Positions 41,968 to 51,199 of a stretch of DNA of 64,000 bases are shown here, piece after piece. Origin of the DNA: Planctomycetota bacterium (GTDB taxonomy: Bacteria > Planctomycetota > UBA1135 > UBA2386); assembly GCA_947501605.1 (NCBI GenBank), contig CANMWZ010000014.1, positions 1 through 64,000 of the forward strand, given 5' to 3'. The translations under genes and the position numbers were made by a program. Every line of letters begins with the position of its first letter. The first letter of the stretch is position 1. The notes beneath the pieces were generated by a model. That model saw only the letters and a program-made list of their open reading frames with translations. It was not told the DNA's origin and searched no databases.

Positions 41968-43058
41968 ACACCGACGACCAGAACCTGCGCGTGGTCCGCG
42001 CGAACTCTCTCGCAGACGTGACGGTCGCCGACCATGCGTGGGACCTTTACGCCCGCCTCCTGTCCTGCAAGGACCTGGTCACGAAGGCGAACAAGCCCTT
42101 CCTCACGCTGCAGCTCGGCGACCAGGGAGGCACGATCGAGGCCAAGATCTGGAGCGACGCCAAGCTCGCGATGGAGGCCGCTCGCCAGCTCGAGCCACAG
42201 TCGATCGTCAAGGTGCGCGGACAGATGCGGGACTACCAAGGGCAGAAGCAACTGATCATCGAACGCATCAAGGCACTCGATCCCGGCGAGGACGCAGACT
42301 TCGACCGCAGCCAACTCACCGACCCCGCGCTCGAACTCGTCGAAGACCTCGTTTGCAAGACACTGGTGATCGACATCGAGACCGTTCCTGGTTTCGAACA
42401 CGACCGACTCCCTGAGAGCGTCGCCGACGCGCTCGAGCAGTTCGCCCAGCGCAAGGAACCCGCGTCGAGCGCGGACGTGCTGCAGGCGCGCATCGGCATG
42501 TCGATGGGCCTCTCGCCGCTGTTCGGCAAGGTGGTGTCGATCGCTCTCGGTGACGGCGACGAGCCGGACGCCGACGTGCACGTGATCGCGGTGCCGCCCA
42601 ACGGCTTCGTCAGCGAAGGCCACCCGAGCTGGTTGCGCTTCATGACCGAGGCTGACTTGCTGCGGTCCTTCTGGGCGCTTGCGAGCAAGGCCGAAGTCGT
42701 CGTGACGTTCAACGGCAAGAGCTTCGACCTGCCATTCCTCGTCGGCCGCAGCCTCGTGCACGGGATCCCGGCGCGGTGCGATCTCGTGTCGCAGAAGTGG
42801 ACGCTCAAGCCACACCTTGACCTGTTCGAACTGCTCAGCCAGCGCGACAAGGCCCCGAGCAAGCTCGATGTCATTTGCTGGGCCCTCGGCGTCGAGAGTC
42901 CGAAGGGCGACATGGACGGCTCCAAGGTCGCGCCGGCCTACGCGCGCGGCGAGATCGTCAAGATCGCTGAGTACAACCGCCAGGACGTGCGCGCGACTGC
43001 CGAGGTGTTTCGCAAGGTGCGCGACAACGTGCTGCGGTTTCGTGCCGACTGGAAGTGA
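41964..43058 (+). CDS. OB-fold (YhaM-type) plus PolB-like DEDDy 3'-5' exonuclease fusion
   Basis: KANKPFL.L.LGD.GG.I.AKIW OB domain; ExoI VIDIET, ExoII TFNG.SFD.PFL, ExoIII YN..DV; GTGA overlap with the aminotransferase. Confidence 0.8.
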   Translation: MNTDDQNLRVVRANSLADVTVADHAWDLYARLLSCKDLVTKANKPFLTLQLGDQGGTIEAKIWSDAKLAMEAARQLEPQSIVKVRGQMRDYQGQKQLIIERIKALDPGEDADFDRSQLTDPALELVEDLVCKTLVIDIETVPGFEHDRLPESVADALEQFAQRKEPASSADVLQARIGMSMGLSPLFGKVVSIALGDGDEPDADVHVIAVPPNGFVSEGHPSWLRFMTEADLLRSFWALASKAEVVVTFNGKSFDLPFLVGRSLVHGIPARCDLVSQKWTLKPHLDLFELLSQRDKAPSKLDVICWALGVESPKGDMDGSKVAPAYARGEIVKIAEYNRQDVRATAEVFRKVRDNVLRFRADWK

Positions 43059-43082
43059 GCGGACACGGCCCGTGGCCGCGGT

Positions 43083-44426
43083 TCAGAGCTTCAGCGCGTT
43101 GGCAACGCCCTGAGGCATCGCGGCGAGACACATCTCCTGCAACTGCCGCCGCACCACAAGGTCGGGCTCCGACGTGAAGACGTAGAGCTTCCACATCCGC
43201 GGATAGGCATCGCGCAGGTCGCGCAATCGCGGAATGTCGCTGGCAAACGAGTCGAGCGGGAGCGTGCGATCGCCGGCACCAGGAAAGCGAACCAGGGTCT
43301 TCGCCTCCTTCAACTGCATCGCGCGAGCCGGGCAGTAGAGGAGCACGTCCATCGGCCGACCGAAGCGGCGCAGTGCCTGCTGCTCCATTTCGATTTCCCA
43401 CTGCCGCCGCACGTCGTGTCGACCTGGTGCAAACCAAGTGTCGATCAACGTCGCCTGCAGCGGCGCGTTCAGATAGTACGGCAACACCAGCACGCGCTTG
43501 GGCAATTGTCGGCGGCGGAAACGCTCCACGAAGCGCTGCAGCCGCTCATCGGCTTCGCCGTCGCCGAGGCGCACTCTTGCCAGCGACAGCAGGAGTGACT
43601 CATCGGTCGCGCGCTGCAGGTCCTCGGCCGTCATGGCGCCGGCCCGAAGCGCCATCTCGACCATTCGCGACAGCAGCGCGCCCGCTGCAATCTTCGCGTG
43701 GTGGTAGTAGACCCGCTCACTGAAGTGATAGCGCGTCTCGAGCACTCGCAGGAGTTCGGACACGATGTCCTCGCGCAACATGCCGTTCTTCTCACAGTCG
43801 ACGAACATCTGCTGCGAACGTCGGTCGACCCGGAAGTAGTCGATCACGCGCCGGTCGTAGCGCAGCTCGAGCCCGGTGTAGTGGGCATCGCGACGCAAGT
43901 AGTCGAGGAGGTCGGCGTCGATGGTGTCGCTGACCACTTGTTGCCAGAACGGCGGCACCTGTTGCTGACCGGCGCCAAGCACCGACAGCACGCTGTCGCG
44001 AACGCCCATCCGGTCGAGTTCATGGCCGAGCTCGGTGTCCGACAGAATCGCCAAGAAGCGCTCGGGCTTGTCGTGGCGCGGCAAGAGCCCGGTCTGATCC
44101 TCGATGTTGTGCCCGAACGGGATGTGCGTCACGTCATGAAGCAAGGCCGCGATCCGCAACACGCGCTTCTCTTCGTCGGTCACGCGATAGCACACAGCCG
44201 GGTCCTTGCTCGCGTTCTTGTTGGCTGCCGACAACATCAGCTCTGCCATGTGCAGGGTGCCGATGGAATGCTCGAAGCGCGTGTGCATCGCACCGGGGAA
44301 CACGAGATAGGCAAAGCCAAGCTGCTTGATGCCGCGCAGACGCTGGAACTCGGCGGTGTCGATCAGCCGAGTTTCCTCGCGTGTCAGCTCGATGTCGCCG
44401 TGGATAGGCTCGCGAAGGACGGTCAC
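43083..44426 (-). CDS. HD-domain dNTP triphosphohydrolase (SAMHD1-like bacterial family)
   Basis: EPIHG, FQRLRGIKQLG, HTRFEHSIG, LHDVTH.PFGH, DAD.LDYLRRD, VYYH. Confidence 0.85.
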   Translation of the reverse strand: MTVLREPIHGDIELTREETRLIDTAEFQRLRGIKQLGFAYLVFPGAMHTRFEHSIGTLHMAELMLSAANKNASKDPAVCYRVTDEEKRVLRIAALLHDVTHIPFGHNIEDQTGLLPRHDKPERFLAILSDTELGHELDRMGVRDSVLSVLGAGQQQVPPFWQQVVSDTIDADLLDYLRRDAHYTGLELRYDRRVIDYFRVDRRSQQMFVDCEKNGMLREDIVSELLRVLETRYHFSERVYYHHAKIAAGALLSRMVEMALRAGAMTAEDLQRATDESLLLSLARVRLGDGEADERLQRFVERFRRRQLPKRVLVLPYYLNAPLQATLIDTWFAPGRHDVRRQWEIEMEQQALRRFGRPMDVLLYCPARAMQLKEAKTLVRFPGAGDRTLPLDSFASDIPRLRDLRDAYPRMWKLYVFTSEPDLVVRRQLQEMCLAAMPQGVANALKL

Positions 44427-44478
44427 GGAAGCTCCGGTTCGGGCCGCGCAAGGTAGCGAGAGCATCCGCCCTGAAGCC

Positions 44479-44509
44479 AAAAAAAGAGGGCCGGATGCTC
44501 CGGCCCCCC
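44479..44509 (-). terminator. Rho-independent terminator
   Basis: Minus strand GGGCCGGA-GCA-TCCGGCCC-TC-TTTTTTT. Confidence 0.75.
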
Positions 44510-44789
44510 ACCACACCCAACCAAGAGGACGCACTCGCTGGGAGCACGTGGCCTCGTCGGATTCGTTCCGCGCCGTCCGGGCCTCACGGCACGCCGGGCG
44601 ACGCGCCGCACCTTACCACGTAAACGTGCACGCGGTCGGCGGCAGAGAGCCTCGGCCAAACGCGGGGGCGCGAAACGCCAGCAGCACCGGCCGCACCGCG
44701 ATCCCCATTTTGGAATCCGTGCGCCGATCGCATCGCCGTCCGAGGGCAGGACGCCGTTGCCCGGCGACATCGGTGGCCAACTTCGCAGT

Positions 44790-44859
44790 CACCCCGCTAG
44801 CGCCGCGTCAGTTGACGCGGCAGTTCACCCCGCTAGCGCCGCGTCAGTTGACGCGGCAG
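44790..44859. repeat. Direct repeat x2 (34-bp unit, period 36), each copy containing the palindrome GCCGCGTCA-GT-TGACGCGGC
   Basis: CACCCCGCTAGCGCCGCGTCAGTTGACGCGGCAG at 44790 and 44826. Confidence 0.9.
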
Positions 44860-46350
44860 GGTCGTGGGACCACCGATCACGAACCCGCGCAGCTCGCGCG
44901 GCACCGACCACGAGTCGCCATCCGGAACGCGCACGCTCAGGTCCGCAACCATCGCCGTCTCGAACTGCGCAATGAATGGCTGGTCCGCCACCATTACTAC
45001 GAAGCGACCTTCGGTGACCGGATCGACCCGAACCTCCCAGGCGACGCCTGGCTGCGGCGGTGCGATCTGAATCGACGCCGTCGCGGCGACTCGGCTTGGC
45101 AGCACGAGCGTCGCCTCGCTGTCGTCCGGCGAGAACGGCTCCGCCGCTGCGTTCACGGCACCGGCGCGCGCAACCACGACGATTGCCTCATGTCCCGCTG
45201 GCCGAGCGATGCGGAATGAGCCGTCCGCGGCGGCGACCCCGACCGACGCATCGCGGGGCGGCAGGCTCGCTGGCCAGAGCCCCTGCTCGGCTGCGCCTTC
45301 CTGGGTCACATCGGCTCGCACGCACGCCACGCTGGCCACCGGGACAGGCTGACCACGTTCGTCGACCAGCTTCCCGCTGAGGATGTCTCGGTCCGGAACG
45401 GCGGCCGTGACGACCGCCGCCTGGTCCCCGTGCAGCGCCACTTCGATCGCAGCCGTCCGCAGGACGAGCGGCCCGCCGATGACGATGCTCGGGACGCAGT
45501 CGCGCGGCAGACCCTCGATCTGCAGGCGCCCGTTGCCATCCAGTAGAGAGTCCGTCCAGAAGCCTTGCGCGAAAAACGGGAACGCCTGCAGCTCGGTCGT
45601 TGGCGTCGCACCGGGTAACACGACGGCGAAGGCACCGGCAAGTGCTTCGTGCGATCCAGCGGCCTGCACGACCAAGGTCGCGGCATCTACCAGCACGAAG
45701 TCAGCGCTGGCGCCGACGGTGGGCGAGACTTCGACAAATGCATGCTTCCACGCCTTGCCACTCTTCCGAACCACCACGGGGACCCCGAGCGACGCGGCTA
45801 CAACCGCCTCGTAGCGACCGTCGCTGTTGGTCATGACCGTGCTCGCCGTCGCCTCGCCGAACCAAACCAGCGCGCCTTCGATCGGCTTTGCGGCGGCATC
45901 GACCACGCGCCCCGAGAGTGTGCGGGCCACGCCAAGCTCGATGTGCAGTTCTCCATTGGCGTCCGGTTCGACGCGGCGAAACACAACGGTCTCGCCATCT
46001 TCCACCTGCACCAACGACGCCCCACGGCGCTGCCCGCGGGCCCGCCACGGACCGCCGTCTCCAGCTACGACTTCGGCGAGCACTTCGCGTTCGCGCCCAA
46101 AACGCGTCACGTGGATCCGATCGCCGCTGGCGAACAGCCGCTGCCGTGGCGTCACTTCGAGCCAGATGCGCGCCGCCGCTGGAACAGCAGACCTTGCCGG
46201 CGCGGACGAGGTCGCCATGGCCGCATCCGGCAACGGTGCGAGCCCATCCGGTAGCGGCACAGCCACGCCATCGCCCGCGCCGATGAGCACATAGGCCGCG
46301 CCAGCGAGTGCGACGGAACAGCAGATACCGAGGGCGAGCGCGCGGGCCAT
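44833..46350 (-). CDS. Carboxypeptidase regulatory-like (transthyretin-like) repeat protein, membrane-anchored
   Basis: LSGRVVD...PI.GA.V, T..DGRY, LSGKLVDE.G.PV..A.V, ADGSF; N-terminal TM. Confidence 0.7.
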   Translation of the reverse strand: MARALALGICCSVALAGAAYVLIGAGDGVAVPLPDGLAPLPDAAMATSSAPARSAVPAAARIWLEVTPRQRLFASGDRIHVTRFGREREVLAEVVAGDGGPWRARGQRRGASLVQVEDGETVVFRRVEPDANGELHIELGVARTLSGRVVDAAAKPIEGALVWFGEATASTVMTNSDGRYEAVVAASLGVPVVVRKSGKAWKHAFVEVSPTVGASADFVLVDAATLVVQAAGSHEALAGAFAVVLPGATPTTELQAFPFFAQGFWTDSLLDGNGRLQIEGLPRDCVPSIVIGGPLVLRTAAIEVALHGDQAAVVTAAVPDRDILSGKLVDERGQPVPVASVACVRADVTQEGAAEQGLWPASLPPRDASVGVAAADGSFRIARPAGHEAIVVVARAGAVNAAAEPFSPDDSEATLVLPSRVAATASIQIAPPQPGVAWEVRVDPVTEGRFVVMVADQPFIAQFETAMVADLSVRVPDGDSWSVPRELRGFVIGGPTTLPRQLTRR

Positions 46351-46399
46351 GCAGAAAGAAAGTCGGAAGCAGTCTACTGTCTGATAGGTCCCCCTGCCC

Positions 46400-47479
46400 G
46401 TGCGCACTGTACTCGCCCTCGACTATCGCCCCGCACTGCTGTCGCAAGCCGGCATCGGGCGCGCCGTCCGAGAACTCGCGCGGGCGCTCGCGCGACGCGA
46501 CGATGTCGAATTGCACCTGTTCGCGCACTCGTTGGCCGCGGCGCGCGTTCCGTGCGAGGTCCCCGCTGGAGTACGACTGCACCGCGGGCCCATCCCCGGT
46601 CGCTCGCTGCCATGGCTCGCGCGCGTCGGCCTCGGCGCGGATCGCCTCGCCGGGCGCTGCGAAGTGTTCCACTGGACCGACTACGTGCAACCGCCAGTCA
46701 TTCAGGCCAAGACGGTCTGGACCGTGCACGATCTCGCCTTTCTGCGCGACCCATCATGGCACGGCAACGATGCGGCGCCGCTCGCGGCCCGGACGCGAGC
46801 GATGGCAACCGGCGCCACCGCCATCGTCGCACCGTCGAAGGCCACGGCTGCTGACGTCGCACGCCTGCTGCCAGGAACGACTCCGCCCATCGTGATCCCG
46901 TTCGGCAGCGACCACGTACCGAGCTTCTCGGCGCCAACCAGCACCGGCTTTGACTATGTCCTGTGCATCGGCACGATCGAGCCGCGCAAGAACCACCGCG
47001 CCCTCCTCGCCGCAATGCGCCGACTGCGACCGCCTCGGCCGCGCTTGCTCGTCATCGGCAAACCCGGCTGGGAGTGCCAGGACATCGTCGCCGATCTGCG
47101 GGCTGCGCAGCGAGATGGCATCGCGCAGTGGCGAACCGGTGTCGGCGACGCCGAGATGTTTGCGTTGCTGCGAGGCGCGAAACTGCTGGTCTATCCGTCC
47201 CTGTGGGAAGGCTTCGGCTTTCCACCGCTCGAAGCGATGGCGCTGGGGACGCCAGTCGTCCTGCATGATTGTGAGCCGATGCGCGAGTTGACCGACGGCA
47301 ACGCCCTCCTCTGCGATGCGACCGTGCCCGAAGCTCTCGCTGCTGCAATCGAACGTGGCCTTTGCGATGCGGAGTTGCGCGACCGGCTCACACACGATGG
47401 CCTGGCGCGCGCCGGGTCTTTTCGGTGGGCGGACTGCGCCGCAGCGCACGCACGGCTCTATCGCGAGATCGCGCAATGA
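46400..47479 (+). CDS. Glycosyltransferase family 4
   Basis: GIGR, TVHDL, GTIEPRKN, PSLWEGFGFPPLEAM. Confidence 0.92.
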   Translation: MRTVLALDYRPALLSQAGIGRAVRELARALARRDDVELHLFAHSLAAARVPCEVPAGVRLHRGPIPGRSLPWLARVGLGADRLAGRCEVFHWTDYVQPPVIQAKTVWTVHDLAFLRDPSWHGNDAAPLAARTRAMATGATAIVAPSKATAADVARLLPGTTPPIVIPFGSDHVPSFSAPTSTGFDYVLCIGTIEPRKNHRALLAAMRRLRPPRPRLLVIGKPGWECQDIVADLRAAQRDGIAQWRTGVGDAEMFALLRGAKLLVYPSLWEGFGFPPLEAMALGTPVVLHDCEPMRELTDGNALLCDATVPEALAAAIERGLCDAELRDRLTHDGLARAGSFRWADCAAAHARLYREIAQ

Positions 47480-48468
47480 GAGTCGCATTCGACGGCGCGC
47501 CACTCGACGACGGCGACGCACTGGGCGTTGCAACGTCGTTCTTGACCGGACTCCGGGCCTACGTCGCTCGGTGGCCCGGCGAAGCCGTGCTGCTGCTGCC
47601 AAAGGGCGCGCGGGACCCCGGCATCGCGACGCTCTTGGTCGTGGCGGCGCCACGCGGCGCGCTCGCACGCCAGTGGGCGCTGCCACGACTCGTGCGCAAG
47701 CTGGGGGCAAAGGTGCTGCACAGCCCCGTCGCCGCGGTTCCGCTCGGCTGCTCGCGTCCCGTCATTGCGACCGTTCACGACCTCCCTTGGCTGTGCGAAG
47801 GCAGCGGTGAGTCCACGTCGCGCCGCCAACGCCTTGCAACCAAGTGGTCCCTGCGGAGCGCCGCAGCCGTGGTCGCACCGTCGCGATTCACCCTCGCCGC
47901 CGCGAAAAGGCTCGTATCGCCGACGACGCGGCTTCGTTGCATCCCGCACGCGACCACGTTGCCGACGACGACGCCGGTGGACCCCGCCCGACGACAGGGT
48001 CCGTTGTTGACGCTCGGCGATGAGCGCCCGCGCAAGAACCGCACGCGAGTTCACGCGGCAATGACACTCGCGCGCAAACTGGACGATCGCGTACCCGAGC
48101 CGTGTTTTGCCGGCCCGCCCTACAACTACGTCGACGATGCGGGCAAGCAGGCGCTGCTGCGCGGTTGCCGCGCGTTGATTCACTGTTCGCTCTTCGAAGG
48201 CTTCGGGCTGCCTGTGCTGGAGGGCCTCGCGCACGGCATTCCGGTGTTGTGTTCGGACCTGCCCCCGCACCGCGAGATCGCTGGCGATACCGCGTTGTTC
48301 GTCGATCCGCGCGACACGGGTGCGATCCGCGACGGCATCATCCGCGTCTGCAGCGACGAGACCCTGAGGCTTCGCCTCGCCACCGCAGGCCCGGTCCGAG
48401 CCGCCGACTTTGCCCCCGGAGTGGTCGCTGCCGCCTGGCGCGCTCTGCATGAGGAACTGTGCCAATGA
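47476..48468 (+). CDS. Glycosyltransferase family 4
   Basis: TVHDL, RPRKN, SLFEGFGLPVLE; ATGA-coupled. Confidence 0.9.
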   Translation: MRVAFDGAPLDDGDALGVATSFLTGLRAYVARWPGEAVLLLPKGARDPGIATLLVVAAPRGALARQWALPRLVRKLGAKVLHSPVAAVPLGCSRPVIATVHDLPWLCEGSGESTSRRQRLATKWSLRSAAAVVAPSRFTLAAAKRLVSPTTRLRCIPHATTLPTTTPVDPARRQGPLLTLGDERPRKNRTRVHAAMTLARKLDDRVPEPCFAGPPYNYVDDAGKQALLRGCRALIHCSLFEGFGLPVLEGLAHGIPVLCSDLPPHREIAGDTALFVDPRDTGAIRDGIIRVCSDETLRLRLATAGPVRAADFAPGVVAAAWRALHEELCQ

Positions 48469-49520
48469 GCCTCCACGTCGCCGTTTCGGGCTGGCTGCTC
48501 GGCACGCACTCGGGCGCAAACCGCCGTTTGCTGGCGCTGTTGACCCACGTGGCCCCGCTCCTCGCCCGCGACGAACGGATCACGGTGCTGCACCGAGCGG
48601 ACCTGAAAGTGCCGCAACTGCCACCACGCATCGCCTTCGCGCCAGTCGCGATCGCTGCGGGCCCGCTGTGGCGACGAGCCCTCGGCGAACGATGGCGACT
48701 TCGCGCGGCACTGGCGCAGCTCGGCGCCACGGTCTGCGATCACGGGTTCCTGCCGACCCCCACCGTGACGACCCCGCTGGCGTTGACGATCCACGATGTG
48801 CGCGATCTCGACGGCCACGGTCGCCGCGCCAGATGGCTAGCGCAGCTTGCACTGCGGCACGCCGCCGCGCGGGCGCAGTGCATCGTCGTGCCGAGCGAAT
48901 TCACGGCTCTGCGCGTCCGTTCGACGGCACCCGGAGCCCGCATTGAAGTCGTCGGCAACGGCGTCGACCTCACCGGCCGCGGGGTAACCAGCGATGCAGT
49001 GCAGGGCCCGCTGCTTCACGTCGGCCACCTCGAATCACGCAAGAACCTCGACCTCTTGCTGCGCGCCTTGGCCTTGATGAACCAGGACCAGAGGCCTGAG
49101 CTGTGGCTCGCGGGCGCCGACGCGGGCTGCGGCGAGACACTGCGCAAGACCGCGGCGACGCTGGGCATCGCCGAACGCGTTCGGTTCCTCGGCATCGTCG
49201 ACGAACGATCGCTCACGCAGCTCTACTCACGAGCCCGCGCAGTCGTGGTGCCATCGCGCCACGAGGGCTTCGGCCTGTGCGCACTCGAAGGACTCGCCCA
49301 CGGCCGCCCCGTTCTCGTCGCGGATGCCGCGGCGTTGCCTGAAGTCGTGGGCGACGCGGGCATCGTCCTGCCTGCCGAACAGCCTGAGGCTTGGGCCTCG
49401 GCGCTGTTGCAACTGGACGACAGCAATGACGCGCGCGCGCGACGGCGACGACGCGCCGAACACTATTCGTGGGCCAACGCCGCGGCGCGCATGTTGGCCG
49501 TCTGGCGTTCGCTCGGCTGA
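48465..49520 (+). CDS. Glycosyltransferase family 4
   Basis: TIHDV, GHLESRKN, PSRHEGFGLCALE; ATGA-coupled. Confidence 0.9.
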   Translation: MSLHVAVSGWLLGTHSGANRRLLALLTHVAPLLARDERITVLHRADLKVPQLPPRIAFAPVAIAAGPLWRRALGERWRLRAALAQLGATVCDHGFLPTPTVTTPLALTIHDVRDLDGHGRRARWLAQLALRHAAARAQCIVVPSEFTALRVRSTAPGARIEVVGNGVDLTGRGVTSDAVQGPLLHVGHLESRKNLDLLLRALALMNQDQRPELWLAGADAGCGETLRKTAATLGIAERVRFLGIVDERSLTQLYSRARAVVVPSRHEGFGLCALEGLAHGRPVLVADAAALPEVVGDAGIVLPAEQPEAWASALLQLDDSNDARARRRRRAEHYSWANAAARMLAVWRSLG

Positions 49521-49536
49521 TGCCGGGCGGCGTCGC

Positions 49537-50226
49537 TCAGGACACGAGCGTCATCGCCAGATAGCCGACGCCCGCGGCCGCGGCGATGACGCCGACGACG
49601 ATTGCCGCACGCACGCCGTTGCTCATCTGGGCAAGGTCGTCGCCGAGTGCGCCGCGCTCGGCCTGTTGGGAGAACTGCAGCACGCGCGGCTTCTGCGCGA
49701 GCACCGGTTCGCCACCACCGACACTCTTGGCAGCAGCGGCGCCGGCGCGACCCGTCGGCAGGGCCTTGCGGACTTCCACCACCTCGTCCGCAAACTCGAC
49801 CAGACCACCACCACGCGCAGGCTGCGGGGGCGGCTCGATCGCAGGCGCGGGGGTCAATGCAGGCCGCGGATTCGGCGCCGTCGGTCTTGGCGCTGGCGCG
49901 TCGTCGCCGAACAGATCGACGCCATCACTGGGGGGAGCGGCCGCCGTGGCGATCGCTTCGCGGTAAGTCAGTGTCGTGGCGCCGATCTGGATCACGTCCC
50001 CATCCCGCAGCACCCGCTTCTGCACCGGCTTGCCGTTCAGCAACGTACCGTTGCTGCTGCCGAGATCCTCGATCTCGACCACGCCACCTTCGGCGACGAA
50101 CCGAGCATGACGGCGCGAGGCTTTGGTGTCGTCGATGACGACGTCGCAGCCGACGATGCGGCCGAGGGTGAGCCCGTCGCGGATCAAAACAGTGCGTCCG
50201 TCGGAGATCTGAAGTTGACCCGTCAC
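49537..50226 (-). CDS. FHA-domain protein with Pro-rich linker and C-terminal TM
   Basis: LGR, SRRHA, DLGSSNGT.LNG, L.DGD.I.IG. Confidence 0.9.
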   Translation of the reverse strand: MTGQLQISDGRTVLIRDGLTLGRIVGCDVVIDDTKASRRHARFVAEGGVVEIEDLGSSNGTLLNGKPVQKRVLRDGDVIQIGATTLTYREAIATAAAPPSDGVDLFGDDAPAPRPTAPNPRPALTPAPAIEPPPQPARGGGLVEFADEVVEVRKALPTGRAGAAAAKSVGGGEPVLAQKPRVLQFSQQAERGALGDDLAQMSNGVRAAIVVGVIAAAAGVGYLAMTLVS

Positions 50227-50317
50227 GTCGCCTAGCCTAGCGCCGAGCGAACGACCTCACCACCGCGCACAGTTCGGTGCTTGACGGCACCACCCGCGCA
50301 TCGCGACCATCGCCCCG

Positions 50318-51196
50318 ATGGCCGCCATCTCGGTCCGCCAGTTGTGCGTCACGTTCCCTGGCCGCTGGCGGAAGCCCGCGGTCCAGGCGCTGCTGCCGCT
50401 GGACCTCGAGGTGCAGCCCGGCGCGATCGTCGGCGTGCTGGGCCAGAACGGCTCGGGCAAGACCACGTTGCTGCGCGTGCTGGCCGGCCTGCAGGACTGG
50501 AGCGCTGGGACCGCAACCGTGCTTGGCCGACCGCCAGGTGACGGGATCCTCGTTCGGCGAGTCGCGTGGCAGCCCGATGGCCCTCCCCCACTGGCGATGC
50601 TCAACGGCCGCGAAGTACTGCAGTGGTTTGGTAGCCAACTCGGTCTCGAAAACGACCTCGCCGATGCCCGCGTCGACGAGTGGCTTTCGTACTTCGAACT
50701 TCAGCACGCAAGCAGGCGAGCGGTACGCACCTACAGCAGCGGCATGCAGCGGCGGCTGCTGCTCGCCGCATCGCTGCTGGGCGAACCCGAGGTGATGCTG
50801 CTCGATGAGCCGACCTCGGGCCTCGATCCAGTCGGCTCCGAACTCGCGATGGCGGCGCTTCGTCAGTGTGCACGCAAGGGCGCGGCGATCGTGATGGCCT
50901 CCCATCACCTGCTGGAAGTCGAACAACTCTGCTCCGACGTGCTCGTGTTGCACGAAGGTCGGTGCGCGCTCCGCGGCACGCTCGACGAACTGCTCGGTAG
51001 CGGCGACCGGTCGCTGGTCGTGCGCGGACTCGCCGAGGACGCTTTGCCGGCGATTCGCGCCGCCATCACTGCGCACGGCGGCACGCTCGTGCGCAGCGAA
51101 GCGCAGCGCCAACACCTCTACGCGCTCTATCGCCAGCTCGCGGTGCGGCCGCCGAGCGGCACCGTGCCAGCGGTGGACCACCGCGGCGCCAACTGA
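50318..51196 (+). CDS. ABC-2 type transporter ATP-binding protein
   Basis: GQNGSGKTT, YSSGM, LLDEPTSGLDP, SHH. Confidence 0.92.
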   Translation: MAAISVRQLCVTFPGRWRKPAVQALLPLDLEVQPGAIVGVLGQNGSGKTTLLRVLAGLQDWSAGTATVLGRPPGDGILVRRVAWQPDGPPPLAMLNGREVLQWFGSQLGLENDLADARVDEWLSYFELQHASRRAVRTYSSGMQRRLLLAASLLGEPEVMLLDEPTSGLDPVGSELAMAALRQCARKGAAIVMASHHLLEVEQLCSDVLVLHEGRCALRGTLDELLGSGDRSLVVRGLAEDALPAIRAAITAHGGTLVRSEAQRQHLYALYRQLAVRPPSGTVPAVDHRGAN

Positions 51197-51199
51197 GCC

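Noticed and set aside
44640..44700. GGCCAAAC...GCGAAACGC resembling a c-di-GMP-I riboswitch
   Set aside because: It lacks the GGGACGCAAAG-type core and P2 pairing, and no same-strand gene follows.
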